Shown: positions 45,703 to 58,194, counted from the first letter of the whole stretch. The stretch: DNA of 63,353 bases, filler included, from Malassezia furfur (GCA_052055015.1; 14 parts of 14 records of this genome joined end to end with filler, not necessarily neighbours in it), one strand, 5' to 3'. The notes: generated by a model from the letters alone, not told the origin. Made by a program: numbers and translations.

Positions 45703-47967
45703 ATGGCGCCGTCGCCGTCGCCGCTCGTCGCGCTGCTGCTCGTGACGAGCTCGTCGCGTGGGTCGCACGTCGTGTTCCAATGGCCGCGGAAGCCGAAGCT
45801 CGTGAAGCGCTACTCGCGCATGCGCTACTTTGCCGCGAAGGAGGAGCTGGAGGACGAGCTGCTCGAGACGGGCGCGACGCATCCCGAGTACCTCGACTCC
45901 TCGTCGGATGCCGCGTCCGATAGCTCGGACTCGGACTCGTCGGAGGCCAGCTTCAAGCATGGCGCGGCGCTGCTGGGCCAGGAGGACGACGAGCGCAAGC
46001 CGCGCGATACGGCGCCGCCCGCGCACCTCACCGGCCGGCGGAACAGCAGCTCGCAGCGCTCGCGGCCGTCGACGCGCAGCTGGAGCGTGTCGCGCGCGTA
46101 CCGCGCGCGGGTGCCGCGCAGCGACGACGAGGCGCGGCGCATGCGCTCCTTCACCACCTACCTGGGCTTCGATCTCGAGATGCTCGCGACGATCCTCAGC
46201 CCGAAGCGCGAGCAGTGCCATCACAAGTTTGAGCTGGTGATCGACGACCTGGCGTTCCTGGGCCACCCCGTGTACTTTGAGCGCGACGAGCGGCACAAGG
46301 AGGACGCCCACAGCCTCACCGAGTTCAATCTCGTGATGGTCATCGACCGCCCCGATACGCTGCCCGCGCTCCCCGGCACGGACACGACGATCTGGACGCA
46401 CCTGTACTACACGCTGCTCTTCAAGATCACCGCCGTGCTCTACGCGGAGCAGCTGCGCACCGCCTACGTCAGCGAGGAGACCGCGGCACTGCTCGCGCTG
46501 CGCGACGAGTGCCTCCAGCACGGCAGCTGGTTCCAGGACTACCTCGACGCGGCGCTCGCGCGCTCGAGCCTCGCGCGCGCCCTGCGCGAGGTGCAGCGCG
46601 CGATTGCGCACAACCGCGACACGGTGGTGCGCGTGAACGAGGTCGTGGACCTGCACCTGCAGCTCCCGCTGCTGCTCATGCAGCCGGGCCAGGCGAGCAA
46701 GGTCGGCGAGCTGCAGCGCGTCCTGGACGCGCAGGACCCGGTGGTGCAGCGCGGCGACGGCCCCGAGCCGCGCGATCCGGTGCGCACGCTGTCGGCGCTC
46801 GGCGCGCTGCCCGGCTCCGCGGCCGAGCAGACGCTGCAGGACTGGACGCGGACCACGGGGCCGTTCCTCGAGCCGTGGAAGACGCTGCTTTTGCCCGACG
46901 TTCCCGCGGAGGCCATGGAGCAGAGCGACACGATCTACGACTTTGCGCGCCCGCTCATCGAGTGCTTCACGCCGAGCCTGCGCGGCAGCCGCACGTTCCT
47001 GCAGGCCGCCGAGGCGCTGCAGTGGGACCTGTACAAGGAGGTGTACCCGATGGTGCGCCACCTCATCTACTACACCAAGGCGCGCGTCATCTCCGTGCCG
47101 CGCATCCAGGGCACCTACGCGCTCGACCCCACCTTCTGCATGGAGCGCCTGCCGAGCCTCGAGGTGAGCTGGTCGACGTCGTTCCCCATGATGCGGTGCC
47201 TGCCGCAGTTCCTCGCGAACCTCTCGGCGGAGGTCAAGCCGTTCATCGCGCACTTTGCGCCGCGCATCAACCACACGCTGTGCCTCGACACGCTCGTGTG
47301 GCTGCTGCGGCACAATGTCGTCGTGCATGTGCACAAGCACCTGCGCCTCGTCATCACCGCACACGACCAGCAGCTCGCCTACACACTCCGCCAGAAACGC
47401 CACGAGCAGCGCGCCCAGCGCCCACACGCGGCCGACGGCGAGCAGGAAATGCTCATCGATACCCTCCGCGGCCAGATGCAGCGCGGCGCCAACGTGCCCG
47501 AGCGCCCGGCCACTGCGCGCCGGCGCATGCACCGCTCCATCTCGCGCTCCGACTCGAGCGACTCGAGCGCGGACGAGTGGCCGGGCATGGAGCCGATCGC
47601 CTCGGCCCAGGCGGCACTGCGTGCGCCGCCGCGCCGGCGGTCACAGCCCTACTTCTCCGCAGAGGACGAGCACGAGACCGAGCTCGACGACGACGACGAC
47701 CTCGACGACCTCATCCCCAACGGCGTGCCGGCGCCCGTGCTCATCACCGAGCCGAGCCGCGCGACGCGCCGCGAGAACGAGTGGATCTCGGCGATGCTCC
47801 ACGGCAAGCACGCTTGGTATACCCGCTGGTTCCTCCGCCTGATGCCCTACCTGAACGGCAAGCACACCATGGAGGAGATCGTGGCACGCGAGCGCTTGCG
47901 CCGCCGCGACCTCAAGCTCATCATGAGCCAGTTCGAGGCCAACTTGCTCGTCTTTTCGCACCCATAG
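45703..47967 (+). CDS. NPR3: GATOR1/SEACIT subunit Npr3 (NPRL3)
   Basis: LLLVTSSSRGSHVVFQWP, LATILSP...KFELVIDDLAFLGHPV, PWKTLLL, HLIYYTKARVI and PYLNGKHTMEEI. Confidence 0.9.
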   Translation: MAPSPSPLVALLLVTSSSRGSHVVFQWPRKPKLVKRYSRMRYFAAKEELEDELLETGATHPEYLDSSSDAASDSSDSDSSEASFKHGAALLGQEDDERKPRDTAPPAHLTGRRNSSSQRSRPSTRSWSVSRAYRARVPRSDDEARRMRSFTTYLGFDLEMLATILSPKREQCHHKFELVIDDLAFLGHPVYFERDERHKEDAHSLTEFNLVMVIDRPDTLPALPGTDTTIWTHLYYTLLFKITAVLYAEQLRTAYVSEETAALLALRDECLQHGSWFQDYLDAALARSSLARALREVQRAIAHNRDTVVRVNEVVDLHLQLPLLLMQPGQASKVGELQRVLDAQDPVVQRGDGPEPRDPVRTLSALGALPGSAAEQTLQDWTRTTGPFLEPWKTLLLPDVPAEAMEQSDTIYDFARPLIECFTPSLRGSRTFLQAAEALQWDLYKEVYPMVRHLIYYTKARVISVPRIQGTYALDPTFCMERLPSLEVSWSTSFPMMRCLPQFLANLSAEVKPFIAHFAPRINHTLCLDTLVWLLRHNVVVHVHKHLRLVITAHDQQLAYTLRQKRHEQRAQRPHAADGEQEMLIDTLRGQMQRGANVPERPATARRRMHRSISRSDSSDSSADEWPGMEPIASAQAALRAPPRRRSQPYFSAEDEHETELDDDDDLDDLIPNGVPAPVLITEPSRATRRENEWISAMLHGKHAWYTRWFLRLMPYLNGKHTMEEIVARERLRRRDLKLIMSQFEANLLVFSHP

Positions 47968-48025
47968 CCTCCACCCCCTTGTACGCACCTCCACCCCAAC
48001 GACGCGTCGCGACGCGTCTCGCACG

Positions 48026-49880
48026 ATGGACGACGTCGACGCCGAGTTTGACGACGCGCTGGACGCGAGCGTCCTTGCACAGCTCGACGCACTCGAGGCG
48101 GCGAACGGCCCTGCAGACGACCCCCTCGACCCCGAGATGGAGCAGCAGCTGCTCGACGCGTTCGACGCGCTCGACGACGAGGTGCAGACGCCGAGCCGCA
48201 CAACGCCGGGCCGCGCACCGCTCCAAGCACGCCGCAACACGCCATCCGGCACGCCGAGCGTGCGCCCTACCGATGCATCCAAGGCGCCCGCACGCGCGGC
48301 TCCGGCCCCGCCGCGCGCGTCGCACCCCGCCTCGTCGCCCGCCGGCCTCACCCAGCAAGGGCTGTGGGGCCACTCGTATACCCCCACGGCCGTCGAGTCG
48401 TCGCAGGGCACGCTCTCGGTCGCGCCCGCCCCCCCGTCTGCGAGCACGGGCGGGTTTGCGTGGACCGCCGTCAAGGTGTGGGACCACAGTATCTTTGTGC
48501 ATGGCAACCGCGTCACGAAGCCGTCCGGCGACGACGAGGCCGACGTGCTGTACGAGCGGCGTGCGCCGCTGCCCTCGCCGCCCGCCGAGCGCCCCATGAA
48601 GCTGGCGATCGACCGCGCCGCGGCACAGACGTGGATCTACCCCGTGAACAAGCCGCTGCGCACCTACCAGCTCAACATTGTGCAGAAAGCGCTCTTCCAC
48701 AACGTGCTCGTTGCGCTGCCGACGGGCCTCGGCAAGACGTTCATCGCGGCGGTCGTGATCCTCAACCTGTTCCGCTGGTTCCCAGAAGGAAAAAGTACGT
48801 GCCACACTGACGCAGTCATCTTTGTCGCCCCCACCCGCCCGCTGGTCACGCAGCAGCAGCAGGCATGCCACAGCATCTGTGGTCTCCCGTGGGACACGGC
48901 CATTGAGCTCACGGGCAGCACGCGCCGCGCGCTGCGCGACGACGAGTGGCAGACGAAGCGCATCTTTTACATGACGCCGCAGACGTTTGAGAACGACCTG
49001 CTGTCCACGACGTGCGACCCCCGCGACGTGGTGTGCGTCGTCGTGGACGAGGCCCACCGTGCGACGGGCAACTATGCGTACTGCAAGGTGATCCGCCACC
49101 TCATGTACCACAACCCGCACTTCCGCGTCTTGGCGTTGACTGCGACGCCGGGCAGCCATGCGGACAAGGTCCAGGAGGTGGTCAACAACCTGCACATCAA
49201 CCGCATCGAGATCCGCACCGAGGACGCGCTCGACATCCAGCCCTACCTGCACACCAAGCACGAGCAGCTAGTCCGCGTGCCGCTCGGCGACGCGGTCGGC
49301 CACCTGCGTGCCGCGTGGGTGGCGCTGATGCGCACCTTTCACGACCCGCTGTTGAAGCACGGCGTGCTGCGGAATGCGGACACGGGCGCCCTGCGCTCCT
49401 TCGCCGTGCGCGCGGCGGCGAACGACGCGCACGGCCGCGCGATCCTCGCCGAGAAACCCTACCTGCGGGGGAGCATCACGCAGCTGTCCAACATGGCGCT
49501 CGCGCTGCAGTACCTCGCCGAGGAGTCCGTGCGCGTGTTTTGCGACCGCGCGCAGGCGATCGTCGCGCCGAGCAAGGGCGGCGCCAAGAAGGACCAGGTG
49601 TTTTCGCCGCGCAACCCCGCATTCCAGGCGTACATCCTCGCGCTCGAGGGCGTCCAGCACGAGCTGGTGCACCCCAAGATGCAGGCGCTGCTCAACGTGC
49701 TCCTCGACCATGTCGCGGCGCACCCATCGACGCGCGTCATGGTGTTTTGCTCGTACCGCGAGGTGGTCACCGAGATCGTCGCGCTGCTCCAGGAGCACGG
49801 CCTGCGCGCCACGCCGTTCATCGGCCAGGCCACCGACAAGAAGGGCAACCGCGGCTTCACGCAAAAGGTCCAGGAGCAGA
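48026..49880 (+). CDS. MPH1: FANCM-family helicase Mph1, 3'-truncated; in-frame 21-nt intron 48795-48815
   Basis: TWIYPVNKPLRTYQ, LPTGLGKTFIA, spliced GKIIFVAPTRPLV, DEAHRATGNYAY, LALTATPG and HPKM. Confidence 0.95.
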
Positions 49881-49980
49881 NNNNNNNNNNNNNNNNNNNN
49901 NNNNNNNNNNNNNNNNNNNNNNNNTTAATTAATTAANNNNNNNNNNNNNNNNNNNNNNNNNNNNNNNNNNNNNNNNNNNN

Positions 49981-50117
49981 GCCGCAGCCGGCGCGGCCGG
50001 CACCGCAGCACGCGCCGGTGCGTGGAAGTTCGGCGGCGCGTACTGCGGCCGCAGCGCAAAGTACTCGTCCATCAGCGCGAAGAACGCCTGCCGCTCGTGT
50101 TCTGGGACGCCGGCCAT
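49981..50117 (-). CDS. N-terminal fragment of an unidentified protein
   Basis: ATG at 50117, MAGVPEHERQAFFALMDEYFALRPQY..., open to the contig end. Confidence 0.5.
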
Positions 50118-50199
50118 GGTGGAACAAAGACCTCCACTTGGGCCGCGTGGGTCGAGGTGCGGGGATGAGCGGTATCGTTGGACAGGGCTATGGACGGGC

Positions 50200-51764
50200 C
50201 TAGGCCTGCACCTTGCTCGCGGCGCGCGCCTGCGCAAACGCACGCAGCGCCTGGTTGGGCTTGCGCAGCACGCCGAGCACACACGTCATGAACGTCAGCA
50301 CCACGACGGAGCCGGCCTGGTGCGTGGCCGCAAGCGGCACAGGCACCATGTAGATCAGCGTCGAGATGCCGAGCAGCACCTGGAGCACGGTCATGTGCGC
50401 GGCACCCGTCGCGAAGCGCTTCGTGCCCGGCGGCAGGAGCGCCTTGACCTTTTTCGTGTAGCGGAGGAAGCCAAACATGGACAGCAGCGTCGTGATGCCG
50501 AGGAAGCGGTGCACCGCCTGCACGGTCACCGGGTTCTGCGTCAAGTTGCCGAGCCACATCCGAGAGAACGTCGGCTGCGCGGGCTCGCGCGTGACGTCGG
50601 GCGACGGCACCGGCTCGCTGGTGCGCACGGCGTAGCGCGCGTCCAGCAGTTCGCTCTTGGGCGGCAGAAGGCGGCCCTCGCCCATTGTCGGGAACTCGCT
50701 GTACACCAGACCAGCGTCAAGGCCCGCGACAAACGCGCCGTACACCGCCGTGGTGAACACCAGACCAAGCAGACCGATCGCAACGCGGCGGTACTTGCGC
50801 ACGGCCGGGCTCTGCAGCTGCGCAAGCACCTTGCCGAGCAGCGCCTGGCGCTCCGGCGCGGCGCCCGCACGCGCGGCACTCGCCAGCGTGTTGTCGCGCA
50901 GGATGTTGACCGCCGTGTAGAGCATGCCCATGTACACCGCAAACGCCGTGCTGAGGTGTGCCGCGAGCTTAAAGTGGCTCACGCGCGGCGTCCACTCGGG
51001 GCGCGGCTGTGCGTTCGCCGGCTCGTTCTCGTACGGGTCCTTGAGGCCGCTCGCGACCATGATCCAGCCCAGCAGGCCCTGGAAGCCGATACCCGCGGTG
51101 ATCGCCAGCAGCTTCCAGCGCACATCGGGCGTCGCCACGCCGCGGCGCATACAGAAGTAGAGCGCGGGCAGACCAAAGAAGACACCAATCACACGGCCAA
51201 GGATGCGGTGCGACCATTCCCACATAAAGATCATCTTGAAGTCCTCGAGCGTCATGTCCTGGTTGATCCTGCGTGAGTGAGGGCGACGCACATCTTAAAC
51301 TCGGGCGACTCCTTGTACTTGTCCCACTCGGCATTCCACTCGGCGTCCGACGACGGGAGACGCATGCCCTTCAGACCGGGGTTCCACTCCGTGATCGACA
51401 GACCCGACTCGGTCAGGCGGGTGATGCCGCCGACGACAATGATCAGGAAGACAAGCGCAGCAGAAAAGAGCAGGTGGTAGGCAACGATGGGACGCGTCGC
51501 GAGCTGGGGCTCGGGCGCCGCGGCAGTGGCGTAGGTACGCAGCAGGTTGTACCGCGGCGCACGCACGACCGGCTGTGCGCACGGCACAGGACGCGTCGGA
51601 AGAAGACGGCTCAGCGGCGTGCGGGGCACCAACGACGAGCGCGTCGCAGACGAAAGTGTGCGTACAGGTAGCAAGCTAGGGCGCGCGCACGACGCGCTCC
51701 GGAAGAGCGCGCCGGGGTTGCGCAGCAGCGGCTGGCATACCGCCCGTGCTCCGAAGAAGGCCAT
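50200..51764 (-). CDS. COX15: Heme A synthase Cox15; intron 51269-51291 (23 nt)
   Basis: VVGGITRLTESGLSITEW, spliced SPEFKM|INQDM, FMWEWSHRILGR, WIMVASGL, GAFVAGLDAG and LAATHQAG. Confidence 0.96.
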
Positions 51765-51979
51765 GCTGGTGGATCGGCGTCACGTGGTCCAGAGCGAATC
51801 GGTGGGGGGATATTAACAAGAGCGTGCGTACGCGCGTACGGCGCGCAAGTGCGATGGGGGGAAGGTGGCAAAGTAGGGTAAGGTGGCTACGTGTAGTGCA
51901 TGTTAGACGGTGTAGTACGTGGCGAGGGGGATGCACGCGCGGTAGGCGCCGTAGGACGTAGGAGCGGCCATGTGAGCCC

Positions 51980-52225
51980 ATGTTGTACAACAAAATCGTT
52001 CTTGTCACCGTGAAGTTCTACTCGCTGGACTGCATCTGCCATAGACGCCGCGGGCGCTGCCCTCATCGCCGCCGCCGCCTTCGTCCTCGCCCCGCACGTT
52101 GGCAGGTGCGTGGTGTGCCGTCGCTGCGGCCGTGCGCGGTGGTGGCCTCCACCTGCTGCGCCGGCGTATCAGGCCCCCCACATGCGCACGTGCGACCGCG
52201 CGCAGCGGCGACTCGCTTTCATTAG
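51980..52225 (+). other. Candidate upstream ORF in the VTC4 leader, in frame with the VTC4 ORF
   Basis: ATG 51980 MLYNKIVLVTVKFYSLDCICHRRRGR... has coding-like codons in an otherwise non-coding region. A single TAG (52223-52225) separates it from the VTC4 frame. Confidence 0.45.
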
Positions 52226-52330
52226 AGAGGCCACGTGCAAGCCGGTTCGCGCACGGAAGCGGGTGACGCTCTCCGGCCCAGCTGCGTCCGCCAAGCGTTT
52301 TGCCTTGACCCGCTTGGGCTTGTCTCAACG

Positions 52331-54384
52331 ATGAAGTTCGGCAGGACCATCAAGACGTCCTTGTACCCGGAATGGTCCTCGCAGTACCTGCAGTACTCGG
52401 ACCTAAAGAAGCAGATCAAGAAGCGTATCTCGGACAACCAGGGCACCTGGACCGATAAGGATGAGGACGACTTTGTTGAGGAGCTGCGCAAGGAGCTCGA
52501 CAAGGTGTACTCCTTCCAGAAGAGCAAGGTGTCCGAGCTCACGGGCCGCATCGAGCGCGTGAATGCCGAGGTGAACCAGCTGCTCGCGATGCGCGACAGT
52601 GGGGGCTCGCAGGCGTCGTCGCGCGCCGAACCCCAGTCGCAGGCGCCGTCGACGTCGCAGCAGGCGGCGCCCGCGCCGGAGGCGTCGCACGGCGACAACG
52701 AGGTGCACCGCGAGATGATGTACCACGCGCACGACAACGCCGGCTCGGACGACGAGTTCGACTCGGACAACGAGGACTCGGATGCGATGGAGGACCGCTT
52801 CCTGGACCTCGAGGAGCAGCTGGCGAGCATCATCGCGGACGTGCACGACCTTGCGCTCTTCACCAAGCTCAACTATACGGGCTTCCTGAAGATCGTGAAG
52901 AAGCACGACAAGCAGACGGGCCGTCTGCTGCGCAAAGAGTTTGTGCAGCACTACCTGAGCACACGTCCGTTCTACAAGGAGAACTACGACGCGCTGATCG
53001 TCAAGCTGTCGCGCCTGTTTGACATTGTGCACACGCGCGGGCACCCGATCCAGGGCGACTCGAGTGCGGGCGGCTCGCAGAGTGCGTTTGTGCGCCAGAC
53101 GACCAAGTACTGGGTGCACCCCGACAACATTGTGCCGCTCAAGCTGTTCATCCTGAAGCACCTGCCCGTGCTCGTGTTCAACGCGGACAAGGAGTACCAG
53201 TCGGAGGACAGTGCGATCACGTCGATCTACTACGACAACGAGGACCTCGAGCTGTACCTGGGCCGCCTCGAGAAGACGGAGGGCGCCGAGGCGATCCGCC
53301 TGCGCTGGTACGGCGGGATGGACAACAAGACCATCTTTGTCGAGCGCAAGACGCACCGCGAGGACTGGACGGGCGAGAAGAGCGTCAAGGCGCGCTTCCC
53401 GATCAAGGAGGAGCAGGTGAATGCGTTCATGCGCGGCGAGTTCCGCATGAACGACACGTTCGAGGAGATGCGCAAGAAGGGCAAGAAGTCGGACAAGGAG
53501 ATCGACTCGATGCTGCAGCTCGCGACCGAGGTGCAGTACAGCATCCTGTCGCGCAAGCTGCAGCCGGTCATGCGCTCCTTCTACAACCGCACCGCCTTCC
53601 AGCTGCCGGGCGACGCGCGCGTGCGCATTTCGCTCGACACCGAGCTGACGCTCGTCCGCGAGGACAACTGGGACGGCAAGCAGCGCTCGGGCAACAACTG
53701 GCGCCGCATGGACATCGGCATCGACTACCCCTTTGACCAGCTGCCCGAGGGCGACGTCGAGCGCTTCCCGTACGGCGTGCTCGAGGTGAAGCTGCAGACG
53801 CAGATGGGCCAGGAGCCGCCCAAGTGGGTGCGCGAGCTGGTCAACAGCCACCTGGTCGAGGCGGTGCCCAAGTTCTCCAAGTTCATCCACGGGTGTGCGA
53901 CGCTCCTGTCGAACCGCGTCGACCTGGTGCCGTTCTGGCTGCCGCAGATGGACACCGACATCCGCAAGCCCGTGTCGATGGACCTCGCGCTCGACCGCCC
54001 GCAGCACAGCGGGCGCAGCTCCGAGACGGGCAGCGTCCACAAGGCGCCGCACTACGAGCCGGTGTCCGAGGACGAGTTTGAGGACAACGAGGAGGAGGAG
54101 AACGTGCACCACATCGCCGACGCGCAGCAGGAGGCCGACAACGTGGGCCTCTCGGCGCTCGACCCGCGCATCAAGGAGATCCGCGCGCAGCGCGAAAAGT
54201 ACCTCGTCGAGTACCGCAAGGAGTCGGAGGGCGCGCAGAGCGACGCGTCCAAGGCGCCGACCAAGGCGCCCGCGCGCCCGTCGCAGTCGCAGTCGCAGAT
54301 GCGTGTGCAGACTACGCGGCAGGACATCCTGTCGCCCGCCAAGGTGTTTGACAAGAACTACCTCAAGCGCCTCGGCCTCTCGAA
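52331..54384 (+). CDS. VTC4: Vacuolar polyphosphate polymerase Vtc4 (SPX plus VTC domains), 3'-truncated
   Basis: MKFG...Y.DLKK SPX start, [43 protein letters not shown] and KFSKFIHG. Confidence 0.96.
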
Positions 54385-54484
54385 NNNNNNNNNNNNNNNN
54401 NNNNNNNNNNNNNNNNNNNNNNNNNNNNTTAATTAATTAANNNNNNNNNNNNNNNNNNNNNNNNNNNNNNNNNNNNNNNNNNNN

Positions 54485-54538
54485 ATCCTAATCCTAATCC
54501 TAATCCTAATCCTAATCCTAATCCTAATCCTAATCCTA
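54485..54538 (-). repeat. Telomeric repeat (TTAGGA)n, 9 perfect units, at the contig start
   Basis: (ATCCTA)9 with the C-rich strand at the 5' end, the orientation expected for a chromosome end, followed by AT-rich unique DNA. Confidence 0.9.
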
Positions 54539-55516
54539 CATGCAGCATTCTAATTGGGGGCAGCCTTTGACTTCAGGTTGATAATCACGCGAGATCATTC
54601 GAGCATGAAAAAGCTGCTCGACTACAAACAAGTACATTCGTTTTTACGCATTCGCTCTTGTGATTGAAGGCCAAGATAACAGCCATTGTCGCATTGGAAA
54701 AGGGATATTAGAACATAGATAATGCTCCTAGCTTTAATAATTATCTCATCTCCAGCACTCAGAAGCCAGATGGTGTTGCCAAGGTGCTAATCATACTTGC
54801 AGATCAGCTGAATCCACCATTAAGTAGAATCAAATCAGCAAAATTGTTCAAATTTAATAGGTGGTCTAACTTTTTAAATAGCCTTAGATTTCTGCTTGTT
54901 TGTTCGGATCCCTTGCTCAATACCTCTTCACTGGATGCTGAATGTGTGTGAATAAAAAACATTAATGTGGATACCGAGAAGCTGTACTAGAAGCAAGTGT
55001 TGCGGAATTTGAGGAAAACAACGTACATCTCCGTTCGAGTAGAACATCTGCATGCGGTAAAATAATATGATTTTCGTACCATTGTGCTTGCTGCACCATG
55101 TTCGTCATTGTGTTCTTCAGTTTTGCTAGTGGACAGTGTGACAAAAATTCGTGTCGCTAGGTCGCTCAGCGCCTACTATTGGCGAAAATGGCCCCTTTTA
55201 GGAATGAGCGACGATGTGGAGAACGCTAATTCACACCGGTAGATTGGAACGTCAATAATACTGCAGCTCCAATGTCGAGCCGCGTGTTCCTCATTGATGC
55301 GCTACTCAATGCACTGACGGTATCCAACACTCAATTAGCATGTACACCCAGGGTTCTGCACCTTGAGTCGGGCCGGCATTTGTCTCTACATGGATTCGAA
55401 TGGAACGACCTGGTGTGCGTCCCACGTGCCGAAGCAAGTGGAGGCCTACCTGGGGCAGATGTCCGATTCCCACGTTCACGGTCCCTTGTCCGTGCACGCA
55501 GCAAGTGCGTAACGCG

Positions 55517-58194
55517 ATGGCGCTCCCTCCATCACGAAAATGGCTACTGCCGTTTCATCGTGCCATCCTCGCGAATCTCATACCAGGCTCCGATGACCCT
55601 GAGCAGCGGGACCGTCTGGTGGTGCTTGCGCCGGGGCTGGGGATGCGCCGCGTAATCGCAACGCTGCTGCGGGCCTACTACAGCAAACAGAACCTGGTAC
55701 TGCTGGTGAACGCCTCTTCGCGTGACATTACTGGCATTGAACATGATTTGGGGACACTCGGACTCCCCCACGATGCGGTCAAGAACCTGCATCATGATAC
55801 GGCCTCGAAGCAGCGCGCGGATGCCTACATGAGTGGCGGCATCATCAGCGTCACGTCGCGCATTTTGATCGTGGACATGCTTTCTAAGCGTATCCCAATT
55901 AACCTAATCACTGGCATCGTTGTGCTTCATGCCGAGCGGTGCGTGACCGGCGCTCATCCAGGGTTTCCCCGACGTCGATCGAAGCGTTCATCCTGCGAAT
56001 CTACCGCGAGCAGAACAAGGTGCGTGAAGCTGTCCTGACCCAGGAAGGTTTCCTGAAAGCGTTCACGTGCAATGCTGAGCAGCTATCGTCCAGTTCCATG
56101 GCGCTGCAGACGGTCATGGCGCAGCTGCGCCTGCGCAACGTGGATATCTGGCCGCGTTTCCACCAGTCTATCGACCGTGACCTTGGGCAGCACCGGGCAG
56201 ATGCCGTGGAGCTGCACCAGCCAACTACGCCTGCGATCCGCTCTATCCAGTCGGCGATTGTCGAGTGCCTCGACGCCACGTTGGCCGAGGTGCGGCGCAG
56301 CAAGCTGGCCGAAGAGGTGGACGACTTTAGTGTGGAGAGTGCGATGCATCGTGCCTTTGACGTGGCCGTGCGGCGTCAGCTCGATCCCGTGTGGCACCGT
56401 CTGGCACCCTCAACGAAGCAGTTGGTCGCGGATCTGGGCACGCTGCGGACGCTGCTGCACTACCTGTTGTCGTACGATGCCGTGTCGTTCTATACCTACC
56501 TGGAAACGGTGCTGGCCGCGAATACGAACGATGCCGGCCGGCCGCGGCAGTCGGCGTGGCTCATGACCGATGCGTCCAACGTGATCTTTAGCGAGGCACG
56601 GCGCCGATTATGGCGCGAAACAAACGAGGGGACTGTGGAGCTGGTGCTCGAGGAGCCGCCCAAGTGGAAGCTGCTTCTCGAGGTCCTGGACGAAATCGAG
56701 CAAGAGGTGTACCATACGCCCGCACCGATCCTCATCATGACGGAAACCGAGCGCACGGCGACGCAGCTACGTGCCTTCCTGTCGAGTGCCGACGATGACC
56801 CCGAGCATCCTGGGCGGCCCGTGATGGCGGCTGCGTTTGCCGAGTACTTGCAGTGGAAGCAGAGCATGCGGGCGCACCACACGAGCCAGTCGGTGCCCGT
56901 GTCGGACGAGGTGATGAGCGAAGCGCTCCAGCGCAAAGCCGCGCGGAGCTCGGCGCAAAAGCGGCGGCGTATCCGGGGTGGGATGGCTATGCCCGTGCAC
57001 ACCCACGCCGACAAAACCGAGCAGGTGCCCGAGCTGCCGAGCGACATACCCCGTGCGGCGCCCTGGGACGTCAAGGCGGAAGAGGTGGACGATACGCTGG
57101 AGGACTACTTTGGCCTAGTGGACCTGGGCAATGTGGTGGTGATCCATACGTACGGTGGGGATGAGAACGACAGTTTGCTGCAAGAGCTGCGCCCCCGCCA
57201 TGTGATCATGTATGACCCGAACCCCCAGTTTGTGCGGCAGGTGGAAGTGTACCGGGCGATCCAACGCGTGCACGTCCAAGTCTACTTTATGATGTACACC
57301 GACTCGGTCGAAGAGCAAATGTACCTGGCGCAGCTGCGCCGCGAGAAAGATGCATTTGAGCGGCTCATCAAGCAAAAAGGCAACATGGCGATCCCACTCA
57401 CCGCCGATGGGCAGCCCGAGGAGGATGCGGACCAGCGGATGCTGCGTCGCCTGAGCTCGCGGGTGGCAGGAGGCAGCTCGCTGACCTCAGCACAGCTGCG
57501 CCTGCCGCCGACGGTGGTGGTCGACATGCGCGAATTTCGCTCGAGTCTTCCGTCGCTGCTGCACGCGGCCGGCATGCAAGTGGTACCGTGTACGCTGCAG
57601 GTGGGTGACTACGTGATTGCGTCCGACATGTGTGTGGAGCGCAAGAGTCTGACGGATCTGGTGCAGAGTCTCAATTCCGGCCGGCTGTATACCCAGTGCG
57701 AGGCGATGTCCATCCACTACCAGCACCCCATTCTGCTGATCGAGTTTGACCAGGAGCGCGCCTTTACACTCGAGACGCTGGGCGGCGATGCCAAGCATCC
57801 TAAGGCGGCGACCGCGACGGAGCTCGATGTGCAGTCGAAGCTGGTGCTGCTGACGCTGTCGTTCCCCCGCCTCCGGCTCATCTGGTCGTCGTCGCCCTAT
57901 GCCACGGCCGAGATCTTTGCGGATCTGAAGCAAGGTCACGACGAGCCTGATGCGACGACGGCCGCGGCGGTCGGCATGGACGACGACGCGTTGGGCGAGA
58001 GCACGCTGAACCTGACACCCGTGGACATGCTGCGCGCCATGCCCGGCGTCACTGGGAGAAATTACGTGTACCTTATGAATGCGGTGGAGAGCGTGCAGGA
58101 TTTGTGTGCCACGCCGCTGGAGCGGCTCGAGCAGCTGATTGGTCGTGAGCCCGGCCGGAAGCTGCACGCCTTCCTGCATGCGACGGCGGCGTAG
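55517..58194 (+). CDS. RAD1: XPF/Rad1/Rad16 nucleotide excision repair endonuclease; introns 55939-55961 (23 nt) and 56020-56043 (24 nt)
   Basis: SVTSRILIVDML, spliced HAERVSPTSIEAFILRIYR, WPRFH, LEEPPKW, VVDMREFRSSLP, VGDY and CVERKS. Confidence 0.95.

Noticed and set aside
54962..55144. Short ORF in the AT-rich subtelomere; also the 60902-61420 ORF in the GC trough
   Set aside because: Neither has recognisable motifs, and their codon usage differs from the real genes. A decayed TE cannot be excluded without a search.
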